From assembly GCF_018977255.1 (NCBI RefSeq), contig NW_024704742.1, positions 37,388,001 through 37,452,000 of the forward strand: a DNA stretch of 64,000 bases. Direction: 5' to 3'. Source of the stretch: Callorhinchus milii (Eukaryota). Every line of letters starts with the position of its first letter. Within the stretch, counting starts at the first letter, position 1. Position numbers and translations under genes: made by a program. The notes under the pieces were generated by a model. The model saw nothing but the letters and a program-made list of their open reading frames with translations, was not told the origin of the DNA and did no database searches. Of the stretch, positions 26,500 to 38,420 are shown one piece after another.

Positions 26500-27238
26500 T
26501 CGAAAATATTTTGGAGAAGAGAGTCATCATGGTTAATTTCCAAGAGAAATGAAAGAAGGCCTAGATATGAACCAAAGCTTCAACTGGTTGACATACAGGT
26601 TTCGAAAGCCGAAACAGAAGAACCCATAATATCAGCAAAAGACCAATCTATTACTACCCATTATTATGGAAATAAGATCTTAAAGATAAATATTGATCCG
26701 AAATGCCGAATATGCCATCCAGCACCAGAAACAGTAGATCACACATTGTTACCATGTCCAGCCCTCGTACAATCAGAGTATCGGAATCAACATAACAATG
26801 TAGCTAACTATATTCACTGGACATTTTGTAAACACTTTGATATTGATGTAAAGACCAACTGGTATGAACATCAATTAGCAAAAGTGCCATCGAAAAATAA
26901 CATCACAATAATCTGGGACTCACAAGTACATACAGATAGAACAGTAATCTGTAACAGATCAGATATTATTATAAAGAAGCTAATACATTGTACATGTATT
27001 ATTGATAATATTAATAATAATACTTGCATTTGGTAGAGCGCCTTATCATGATGTGTCTATCCCAAGTGATTACAAAATAAGAAATGAGGAACTAGAGAAG
27101 ATCAGGAAATATATCGATCTACAAATTGTATGTGTCAGTGCAAAACAAACATAGTTCTTATAATCATTGGTGCAACTGGGACTGTTAATAAGACTATTCA
27201 GAAATGGGTTGACAAAATACTTGGTGAACAAACTACCA
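26500..27238 (+). mobile_element. Fossil of an RLE-type (R4/Dong-like) non-LTR retrotransposon C-terminus
   Basis: Frame from 26581: KAETEEPIISAKDQSITT...KCRIC...ETVDH....C...EYRNQHNNVANYIHW...IIWDSQVHTDRTVICNRSDI. Later fragments EELEKIRKYIDL and IIIGATGTVNK. This fits a CCHC knuckle plus restriction-like endonuclease. Confidence 0.8.
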
Positions 27239-27244
27239 GCTTCC

Positions 27245-27456
27245 GCAAAGTACTGGAGATGCTGGAAATCTGAAAACAAAAACAGAAGTTACTGGGAACA
27301 CTCAGGAGGTCAGGCAGCATCTTGGAGAAAGGAAAGTGAGTCAATGTTTCAGGTCTGCCGAAGAGTCATGGACCCAAAACTTTGACTCACTTTCCTTTAT
27401 CCATAGATGCTGCCTGACCTGCTGAGTGTTTCCAGTGTCTTCCGTTTTTGTTTTCA
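27245..27456. mobile_element. Palindromic Penelope-type element with degenerate hammerhead core
   Basis: About 85-nt inverted arms (27271-27355 and 27371-27456). Central CTGCCGAAGAGTCATGGACCCAAAAC resembles CUGAnGA-stemII-GAAAC. Confidence 0.6.
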
Positions 27457-30400
27457 AACTATCAACTTTGTGCCTTTTATGTCAGGAGGATCCCTCAAAG
27501 CACTTCACAGGATATACTACAAAATATAGTGTCCGCATATTTTTAAAGTCATACTCAGCAGCCAACCTGCGCATAGCAGTGTCCCAGAAACAGCCATGAA
27601 GTGAGTGGCCAATCTTAATTTGGGGGATTGTTGGCCAGGATACCAGGAGAAACTCCTGGGAAAGTAAGGCTTGGGCTTTTACCCCAAAAAAATTCCAAAT
27701 CGGGAATGCCTTGATAAGGAGTTGTGTCACTCTCAGATGACACACTCTCAGATATTTGTTTTTCAATTGTTGTGCAAATTACCGAATTTTTTAAATCATA
27801 TTTCGCCTTTGTGCTTATTTTGCCTCCAAATGTTTGCTCCTACAGCCACAGAAATCCCTGAGTCAAACCTTGCCCTCACAGTGGCTGGTCACGTGGGTAG
27901 CTGACAGGACAAATGTATTCAGATGGAAAATCTCTTCTGCAAATGTGCTGACTGGTCAGTAACAGCCTAGCAAGTTCCTGGCTGTGTACAGCCACTGACT
28001 TCAGTAGAAAGATTGTAACAATACGTTTTGATCTTGAGCTGAGATTTATCATTCTTGTTTCACCCTGCGCTTCCAAAAACAGATTAAAAAATGCAGGAAT
28101 ATGTTTGAATTGCTACGTTTGCTCTACAAATTGCATTATAGCTGCTCACTGTCACCCAGGGCAGCTGATATCAGTCTTGTGTTTGTGTTACTTTGAGGAA
28201 TACACTGGAACTTAAAATTCAAGACCTGTACATTTTGTTTGCAAAATAGTCACTACACTTTACAATAAATTCTGTTACTCACTTTGAGATGTCCACCTGA
28301 CTTAAAAGGTACTATATGAATTGCAAGGACTATTATGATGGGTGTAGGGGGGCAAAAGCTAGATGTGAAAAGCTTTGTTTTAAAGAAAAAGGGAAAGGAA
28401 TTGTTAGCCGGTTCTCTTAGTTGAGAATTATACGTTCTTAAAATGCTGAAATAGTTACTAAGGCTCAGAGCTGTCTTAAAATATATTCTGTAAAGTGCAC
28501 GATAATCTGCTAATTTGGCAAAAGAAAGAATAACTATCTTCAGACTTTAATCGCAGAGCAGATTAGTTTCAAAGCTTTTGAATCTGAAATCTGCGCCCTT
28601 ATACCATTACTTTTACAATTTAATTCACTCACTCCTCAAGGAGAGATACAGATTCACAAGCAGGGTGTCTCTCTCTCTCTCATACCTAGTCTTCCCCCAC
28701 CTATTGTTGGCAAATTTACTTGACGTATTACTTTCTGATATAGGATTTATTAACATTTGAACAGACAAATCAGTTACTCTGTATCCCTTATACAGATATA
28801 CTAGGCAACAGACAGAATCAAAATCATATTATCCACTACTTCTCTTTCACGTTTAATGGTCACTTTCTAACTGGAGGTAAATTCCCTCACCCCTGTACAC
28901 TATACATACATACAGTAGAATTGATATCGATTCCACTGGGAAGTGTGCTGACCCTCTACACAACTCCCAACTATTTCAAAGTTAGATCTTTCATGTGTTT
29001 CTAACTCCACCTTCCCTGGTCACAGAGATAGCAAAGCATCCTTCGCAGGATGCTTTGCACAGAGAGAGAAAGAGAGATGGACAACTTCTGGGCAGCCTTC
29101 CACAGCTTGCTTGTTTCTCAGCCTTGAGATAGGCAGGTGTCTAGGCAGGACCCGATTGCTCACTATCTCAGAGGAGTGAACATCTTCCCAGGAAAGTATG
29201 AAATGTAATCAGAAGCTAACCTCAACCTGTTCAGCAAAGCTACTTTTAACCCCCACTTCTTCTGGTTGCGGCTATCAATATACCAATGTATGTCGAGGTG
29301 ATAGTCAGTATATTTCAACACCCTTCCACGTAGTCATTCATAATACCACAAAGTGAATCATTCAGTTTTATCTGGCGGATTGGCCAGGATTCTTTCCTCC
29401 TTTTGAATAGTATGAGGCGCCTGTCACATTCAACTAGTGATCTGCACAAGTGGCCATTAGACTCTTGACGATAAGTGTTGACAGGTTATTCAACTGTAAG
29501 CCTCACAGCCAAGCCAACCGAGCCAGACCTGCACACCCAACATTCACACACACACACACACACCACACATGCCAGTGCACCTCCAGCAGATGTCTTTGGA
29601 TGGGGATTAGGAGCAGGAACCCTGGATGATTCTCTTTCTCGTACCCACAGTGAAGCACTCAGGTGGTAGCCCGCACGAAGGGCACTATATAAATACAAGC
29701 TGCTTTTGTTGAAGCAATTTGCAGCACCCCTGATGCTGCTGTGGCTGAAATCACCTAATTCAACACCGACTGGAATTCAAAACTGTGGCCTTCTGGTCTG
29801 TTTGGTCCAATTAGTGCTGCCCAGCCCTTCACCCACCTAAACTATTGGGGGAACTTCCTTATGGACTGCCTGCCTACATACCACATCATCATTCCTTCAA
29901 ATCTTGTTCAGATAAAGTCAAAAATATTTAATGTACCAGGGAGACGAGCATATTTATGAGCAGTGCTGCTCACAACCAGCATTGGTGTTGTTGAGACTGG
30001 TATGAAACTCAGCTCTGGTAACCTTGAGTATCACAGAGCAGCGACTAGGAATGTAAACACAATGCTGATAACTCCAGACCATTCTCCTCCCTCGTCTTTT
30101 GACTTTATAAACTTTGCAAGAGTTTCTTCACAATAACTATACATCCAAATTAAAATTGTTACTTCCTCTCCTGCACTTTAAATCTAATTGCTCACAAAAT
30201 ACACAGTCAATCCACTTTACAATATATTCTGTGAAGCGCTTTGAGATGTCTCAACGACATGATAGGGCACTATAATCAAATGCAAGGATTATTATTATAA
30301 TCTCCCTGTGCCTCTCTTATACTCTAAAATAAATTGTGCCCAATTGAGTTGGTCCTGATCTTAAAACAGCAAGACCTACTTTGCTCATTTTGCACTGTGA

Positions 30401-31129
30401 ATATTGTAAAGTGAGTGCCAGGTTTGTAGAAATTTTTTTTTAATCTTTGTTTTGCTCTTCCCCCACGCCTCCAATTTATTTTCTGCTTGAAGGTATAAAT
30501 GCTTATTCCAAATGTTCAGGAATATTGAAGGTTCACCATAAGGATGTTTAGTAGGATTGTCTGTCTGATTGTCTGCGCGTTGCTATGTGTTAATTGTAAG
30601 GGGGGGAGGAGTGGGGGTTGCAGGATGTGCATTTGTATAAAGGGATCTGTAACTTCAGACTAACAGCTGCAGATGTGAGATGGTGTCCTAAGAGATTGGC
30701 CAATCCACGTCAATTCACAATCTTTTGGAGGAAACCTTATGCTGTTCATAAGGCAAACAAAAACATCTGGATAAACACACATACAGTGTGTTTAGATTAC
30801 AGCAGGAATTATGCTGCATATTCTGCACTCCTATTCAAATATGTATGTGAACAATGGGAACTGGCTCAGTTTCTGTTTTGCTTTTTTTTCTCTCTCTCTC
30901 TTCCCCCCCACCAACCCCGGCCTTGTGCCATCACTCCCTGTCTGACTTACAAGTGACGGGTGGGTACATGGCCACAGTACCAGGGAATAGGTGGCTGGGT
31001 GGGTGAAGCTGTACATCTACATGAATCAGCATCTTGAATGGAGAGAATGGGAGGGGGGAAAACTGATTGAAAGTTAATTTTGTTCAAATATTCAGACTTA
31101 ATAATTTGTGATACATAATTTTTTTTTAA

Positions 31130-31562
31130 AATAATAAATAATCGTTGATTTGATATAGTGCCTTATCCTGTTTCGAGATCTCAAAGCACTTCAGTGGATT
31201 TACTGTAAAGTGTAGTGACTGTATTTTGTGGGTGAAACCCAGCAGCCAGTTGTGCACAGCAATGTCCTACAACCAGCCATGGAGTGAATGACCAATTTTA
31301 TCTGGGGGATTGTTGGCCAGGCATCAGAAGAAACTCCCTTTCCTTTTCAAGTAGTGCCTTGGGATCTTTAACATCCACCTGAACTGGCAGACAGCACCTC
31401 AGTTTAACGTCTCACCCAAAGGATGGCAATGCAACACACCTCTAGCCCCGCACAGCATCAACCTCCAGCACTGCACTGAAGTGTTAGTTCTTAGACTATG
31501 CGAGTTCAAGTCCCAACATGGAACCCGCAACCTTCTGACTCAGAGCTGAGAGCCAGGTTGAC
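31130..31562 (-). mobile_element. Older Deu-domain SINE, near full length
   Basis: Reverse complement of the 56598 element (GGATCTTTAACATCCACCTGA, CTCAGTTTAACGTCTCA, ACCTTCTGACTCAGAG). Confidence 0.75.
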
Positions 31563-32704
31563 ACACAACGTGATGATTATGTATCCTCATTAAGGTGAGA
31601 AACGTCAGTTCTATGGAAGGTAATCACTTTGGGTGTCCTCCAGTTCAGGTGCAGTTACTACTCCCAATAATGCACGTAACAAGAACACATCCACACTTGT
31701 GGTCAGCCTAGCTTAGTTGGTAGCACACTCATCTCTGAGTCAGAAGATTGTGGGTTCAAGCCGCATGTTGTTATTTTGAGCCATCTTGGCTGACATACCA
31801 GTGTAGTGTTATTGGAGGTGTACTGTCTCTCATACTCTCGCATGGTTTTGAATCAGATTGGGGCATGAGTTTGGGCCCACTGGAAACTAGACTGAGACTG
31901 ATTCTGAGACAGAGAAGGATTCGCTTCCTACCATTTTGGGTTGTTATGTAATCTGGGTCACGGAAGTTACATGTACCGATTAGTCTAATTGCAGCATAAT
32001 TTGATTGAGCCATGATGTCTCAAAGATTTAATCCGTGATCTCAAATTTTCTGTGCAGCCCACTTTTGCAATGTTGATTTGTTCTCTTTCCACCTTTCCTG
32101 GACTCATCTGAGAATCTCATTATTTTAAGAAAAAACATGAAAATGCTGTAAATCACAGAGGATCTAAAACTAGGTTAATGAGTTCCGATGAAGAATCACA
32201 TCCGTAACTTCCTTTACGATGTTGATTGACCTGCAGTGTATTTCCAAAATTTCTGTTTTTACAGATCAGTGTAGAATTACTATGTTTATTATTTTTGGAA
32301 GAAACAAACTCAAAAATGGGTGTTTTCTGGCAGCAGCATGTGGAACATTACACAGACACACAGACTACTCGACAGTCTGGATGGCAGCCTGGCAGTATGA
32401 TATGACCTGCCTTTTTGAGTGCAAGTCAAATAGACTGTCCTTGGCGGACCTTCGAACACCTTGGGAGTATTTGCTTACCAATATGATGCAACTACAATTT
32501 TTGTAGTTCTCGATACTTTTATTCTGAAAATTTCAGTCTACTTTTCTCACAAGTGATTAGAAATGTGCAAATGCCATGGCAGATCATTGCTGTGCAAGTT
32601 AACCACTGAGAGCAGGTAGCAGAGGGTTAATTCTTCTTACCATATGCGGAAGTACAACTCTGGAAGATGATATTTTTTAAAATCCTATGCTCCAACCAAT
32701 ACAT

Positions 32705-33050
32705 GGAGTCTTGGTTAGACCACTCGCTTTGTAAGCGAGAGAAGCTGGGTTTGACCTTGGACAAGTTTCCTTACTCCACATGCTTCTCTTTACCTAGCAT
32801 TAAGTAGAAACCCGGTTGTTAATCTATTGGTAGTTCGACTTCTGGGGGTAATAATCCCTTCAAATAAATAAATAATAATTTGGTCACTCAAACCATGACT
32901 GTTTGTGGGACACTTCTGTGTGCAATTGGGTGCCCCGTTTCTCCCACAAAATATACGGTCAATTCACTTTGTAGTATATTCTGTGAAGAGCTTTGAGACG
33001 TCCTAACAACGTGATAAGGTGCTATATCAAATGCAAGGTTTATTATTATT
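32705..33050 (+). mobile_element. tRNA-derived SINE, older long subfamily
   Basis: Head, internal TTTACCTAGCATTAAGTAG segment and shared tail. Confidence 0.8.
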
Positions 33051-33852
33051 AGTTAATGGACACCCCACTTTGATTTTCTAATCTCTCTTCACCTGGCTGA
33101 AACACACACACACAGACACACAACCAGTAGAGGGTGCTGAAGAGGGACGAGAAGCAGGAACCCTGGCTGATTTTATCCTTCCTAACCATTCAGTGCTGGT
33201 TGAGGCTAGTAAACTGAGCACGGACTGGAATCCAAACCAGAAAGCCCCGAAACCAGAAGCAGTAGCTCTATTCTCTACACTGTTGGGACTGTCTCTGCTT
33301 CGGTTTTCAGGCATCCTTTTTATTCATCTCAATTTCCACCTGTTTCCACATTTGATTTTCATGTTGTTACCTTTCAAGTGCTTCCAATTTGAATGACTCA
33401 ATTCCTACGGGTAATTTATGCAAATTGTAAAACAAATTGCAAAATAGCGAATCCTGCACATTCCCAGATGTATCGGAGGCCTCCCTACCCTCTGGAAATC
33501 CACTCCAGTGCCAATCTACGGCCTGGAGATTCTTTTAGCTGCTGTCATGTTTTATGGAGATCAGAAATGAGATTGGCCTTTCAAAGTGTAACTTTGCCGG
33601 CCTGATTGTATTTCCTATCCTCAGACCATTCCTGCTATGTGGAGGGAAGGCCACACAGTTCAGCAATGCAATATCCCTTAAAAGCATGGAACAAAATTCC
33701 ATTTTAGCTGGTTTTAACCAAGAGCATGCATTATTCTTGAGAATTCCTCCCGACGTGAAAGGCCCTATACAAATGTAATTTTGTTGTGTTCCCCTCCTAT
33801 ACCTTGCAGGGTATAGTCAGTATTTCTCTCTTCTGTGTCTCCACACCTCATA

Positions 33853-33961
33853 AAGGGTGGCCAAAAAGTCATGATATCTTCCCTATTATCTAAAAAAAAT
33901 CCTCATTTCTTTAAGACTCATTAGATATTATAATGGTATCACAACTTTTTTGGTCACCCTG
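33853..33961. mobile_element. Tc1/mariner-type MITE (~110 bp) with TA target-site duplication
   Basis: TA-AAGGGTGGCCAAAAAGTCATGATA ... TATCACAACTTTTTTGGTCACCCTG-TA, giving imperfect ~24-bp TIRs flanked by TA. Confidence 0.75.
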
Positions 33962-36939
33962 TAGTTTGGTGCTAAATCCACTGCATCATGTCTTTTCTTT
34001 ACGAGTTATATTGTCAGTTCCATGTTTGACTGTCAGAATGATTTGTAGCTGCTACCAATCTTTTTTAATATACAAATCTAGGAAAAACAATTCCACAGTC
34101 AGTAATTAGAAATTGATGTAATGCCGATATTCTAACTCAATCAGTCATTCAGGTCCTTGCGTTTATTGCTTTCAGTCTCTTGTCTGGGTTTTACATATGA
34201 ACCTAAAGGTCTAGGATGAATGTGCTAAAATATTGATTGAGATACAATGTGTTGGTTGGCTGCTACAGTAGATGTGTCAACTCGAGTCACTGTAGGGATT
34301 ACTGAATCCTTTTATATTTGCTGGCAGGTTTAGATAAGGGTAGTACTGCATGTACAATGAGCTGGTGAGTGAGAGGTGAAGCATCAGGTGTCAGACAGTG
34401 AAATGCAGTACAGTAGGGTCAATCAGTTCAGGAAAGAAATGTTTAGTGCTGTTCGGTCTAACTAATATCAACTGCTGATTTTTTTTGCACACTCCAGTGA
34501 ATCCCTGCAACTCCTGATCACTGAATTACTCCTGTGGTTCTTCAATTTAAATCCGATATAATCTAGGCTTCCATAGTATCTTTCTCCTCGAAGAAAAAAA
34601 AGCCTTGTGTGATGCTGACAGTCTCTCTCTATCTTGCCTGATGATCTCTCTGCCTGTGTGTGCCTCTCTTTTATATATATATCTTTTGCTTGCTCTTTTC
34701 CTATCCCTTTCTCTGTGTGTCGTTGTTCCCTAAATCTAAATATGGCACAATGCGCACTCTCCTCGGCAATCATAATCCTTCACCAGTTCAAAATTAGTAC
34801 TGTTTTCTACTTTTATCTCCTTTTCCAATACCTCAACACTAGATTTCCTTCAGTTTACGTTAGCTACCCTTATTTACGTCAGCTTTTCCCTACCCTTTTC
34901 AGACTTGGTTGTGTCTTGCACTGCGAGGCCTTGGTGCTTCACCTAGGCTCACCATGAAAAAAATACTGACTGTTTTATTTTCTGATAATGATCTGCATGT
35001 CGTGTCTGGCATGAATCCCACTGCAGCAAAAACAACTGAGTGCAAATGCAGCAGAGCAGTCGGTCTTCACTATGCGTTGTGGATCAGAATGGAAGCCCAG
35101 ATGTGATTATACAATAGTAATTGCTGTTGAAAACTGCTTGGGATTTTGCTCATGCAATTTAACATCATGTAACTTTGCAATGGGATTACTGCCATATAGA
35201 CAGCAAAATATTGCTTTTGATACTGATGCTTTCTTACTGTCCCAAGTGGCTGCATTTTATAGTCAGGCTTCTGTTGATGGCTCAGTGTGGATAAGTGTAT
35301 GACATGCAATATCAAGCTATACAGACTAATGTAATCATAGTCTGTGTTCACCTCATTTTGGCAGCAATGGATCAGTACAATTGGCTTCAGAATCCTGAGG
35401 GGGGGGCGGGGTGGGGGGCGGCAGACAGAGAAAGAAAGAGAGATTTCCCAATCCTCATAGCGATCGAATGACATGTGTGCACTTGTGGGTCTTGTGAGTT
35501 CAGGTTTGAGTTTGGCTGTGGTGTCTACATGCTCAACCGCTCACTACTTGGGCTCCCATAAAAAGATTGATGACATTGGGAGCGTTGCCTGCCATAGTGT
35601 CCCAGCCTTTGGTGGGGGTGGGGATAAGGGGAAGGAATTCTTGTCACCAGATAACAGCTGGAAAACAGTCATTGACATGACACTTGCTCAGTGGGTAGCC
35701 TTTCTGGTATTTTGAACGACTCTTCTCTCATGTTCTCTTGCGCTCTCTCTCTCCTCCCCCCACATGTTTTCATAGCTGAAGTCAGTGTCATGAGCATGCA
35801 GGTTGTGTACTCTCAGCATTGACCTTCTGAATCCTGGAACTGTGCTTGACAGCAACAGAGGAACAGATGTCAGCAAGGTCAGTCCACAAAACTCCAGCTC
35901 CTGAAACTGTCCTCAGTGCAAGGAAAAAAAAACACATTTTTGCAAGGGTGACTTTTGATATCGGTGTATAAACATTCATAGGTAAAGGGGAAAATATTCC
36001 TCAATGATTGGAAGCAAGCAACATTGTGAGGAAAGGAGGATTCAATAAAATTGTAGACTTGTAACTAGATAATAATAATAATCATTGCATTTGATGTAGT
36101 GCCTTTTCCTGTCTTCGAGACGTCTCAAAGCACTTCACAGAATATATTGTAAAGTGAATTGACTGTATTTTTTGTGTGCGAAACATGCAGCCAATTGCGC
36201 ACAGCAGTGTCCCACAAACCAATAAATGTCTTAACCATACCAACCTCTCTGCTCAGCGGACTCTGGCCTGCTCCATGTCCCCCGTTTCTGCCTCCACCCT
36301 TTGGAATTCCTTCCCGCAGTCCCTTCACCTCACCACCTCCCTTGCCTCCTTCAAGGCAGTCTCAACATCCTCCTCTTCGACTGCCCCTTCGGGCGCCATC
36401 CTACCCCCCCTGCCCTCCACCCCTCCTGATCCCAGCCCCTAGTTCAGACGCAAATCCTTGACTGTGCAGCCCCTTGAAACATCCTCCCTATGTGAAAGGT
36501 TCTATACAAATGTAATTTTTTGTTGTTGATGCAATGGGAGACACCAGAACATTATAAATGCAGCACGGCTGAGACTTGTACAGATGGGTAAGGTCCCAGG
36601 TTTGATTTCTCTGATCAGCGCTGAGTTATTTGACCTTCATTCCAGGTTACCACTAAGTCAACTGAATTTGGACCCAATTTGATCTTAGATTCTTGGGTTA
36701 TGGAGGGAATTCAGCCAGGATTCCCACTCCTGGTCACTATAAGCAGTATGGTTTGTGCATGAATGTTGCATGAGGATAGCTCAAGCTCGGCTGTTATTGC
36801 CCTTGAACCCAAACCTTCCCCCACCCCCCACCTTCCCCCACACCAAGGTCAAACAGTCTGCCGACACTCGCTGTCAAGGCTGTAACTTGAATAATGGGAA
36901 CTAGGGTGATAGTAAAAAGAGAAAGTAGCAGAAAATGGG

Positions 36940-37620
36940 AGGTTGACCGCACCAGGAAGCCGGGGGGGGAGGGGAGAGGAAGGGGGAATGGGGCAGAAAA
37001 TATATTTTCAAAAATTAAACTCTTAGTTGCTTTGCTCAAATGCGAACTCACAAGGGCAGCTTTGCTCACTGATGTTAGCTGACGTGTTTGGATTGAAACG
37101 GGGTGCCCTTTCTCGTGATTGTAAGTACTTCCAGAAAATTGCTGCGTGCTTGTGAGCAGTCAGCATACGTCAAGAGTGCGCGCAGGCGGCTGCTCTTGTG
37201 TGGAAGTGATGGACGGCAGAACAGCCAGGTACTCGCAGCGGAGACTGTGGCTTCGTAAAAGAGCAGTCACCGAAACGCGAGCTACGCATGTGATAAACGA
37301 GGAGTCAGCTGTGTGTCTCTGTCTTAAATAGGACGGTGGTTGCCATGACAGCGTCAGTGGCATTTAGTGGTAATGCATGACTAACATTGTTTAACAGGCT
37401 AGTGAGGGTGAGAGTACTCCCGATAGCTGAGCACTTGGAATACATTGCGTGACTGTCTTCTCCTTCCTTTCTAAGCTGCAAGTTTGTGAAGACCTCAGAT
37501 TAGCATTTGATATTAAGGATCCATTGTGGATGAATCTTTATTTGCCGGACCAGCGTTTAGCCAGCGTCCAGCATCTCCATTGGGAGCAGGACAGTTTTGA
37601 CGATGGCGTTGTACATGCAA
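36940..37620. promoter_or_regulatory. Intronic CpG-rich island, putative alternative promoter or enhancer
   Basis: Repeat-free and locally CpG-rich. Contains CRE-like TGACGT (37080-37085), NRF1-like TGCGCGCA (37177-37184), ETS-like GGAAG sites and an RFX X-box-like GTTGCCATGACAGC (37339-37352). Confidence 0.55.
37209..37228 (+). CDS. AFF1: Candidate alternative first coding exon of AFF1: M-D-G-R-T-A-(S), phase-2 end
   Basis: gaagtgATGG Kozak context and CAG|GTACTC donor. The phase matches exon 2 (AG|C = Ser), and it sits in a local CpG-rich island. Confidence 0.5.
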
Positions 37621-37844
37621 TATCGGTATGTGGCACAAAACTAGCTGCACTTGTAAGTTAAACTCTGAGCAAATACGATGAGAATTTTCAGGGTTTCTTT
37701 CAAACTCTTTGTCTTGGCTTCCAGGCAGCTGCTTGAATTCAGCTAAAACAACTTCCAGAATCTTTAACCCTTTCTGTGCCGACCACTAACTCGTTTCTTT
37801 TTTAAAATGTGAATTTTTTTTCAGGATATTCTCCATTGTGTTTC

Positions 37845-38060
37845 TGTCTCCCTGCCTGGCTGCCTGTCCCTTCTGCTGGCTGCCTGACTGCCTGCCTGCC
37901 TGTCGCCTTTGCTAGCTGTATCTCTGACTGGCTGCCTGCCGCCTTTTCTCTCTTTCTTTCTGTCTGTCTGCCTGTCACTTTTGCTGGCTGTCTCTCGGTC
38001 TGGCTTCCTGCCCATTTTGCTCTCTTGTCTGTCTGGCTGCCTGTCCGTTTGGCTTCAGCC
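37845..38060. repeat. Degenerate (CTGC/CTGT/CTGG)n tetramer repeat
   Basis: Seen directly in the sequence. Confidence 0.8.
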
Positions 38061-38124
38061 ATGCCTTCATCCCTCTCCAGCCTTGATTACTTGAACACCA
38101 TGGTCGCCAGACTCCCCATGTTTT

Positions 38125-38420
38125 TTCTTCAGCTGGTTTGTCTGACGCATGTGGAAACCCATCGTCATACTTAAGAGTATCCAATTCCATATATATATAT
38201 ATATATATATGCCACCTCCACATGGAAATTTCCCTGTGCTTGGAAATGAAACACGTGCTCTCGCCCTCTCGGGATGCATCGCTTATGTTATTCTGGATGG
38301 TATAGGGCGCAGGTTTTCGAGAGCCAAGGCTTGGGGATCGCTCAAATGTGCACTCAGGTATTACTGGAGTTTAGCTAAAACTGCAAAGCCTGCCATTGAG
38401 AACATTGTCTGGCAAATTTC
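38125..38420 (-). repeat. Unclassified interspersed repeat, copy B
   Basis: Reverse complement aligns by eye with 45689-45990. It carries an internal (TA)n. Confidence 0.75.
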
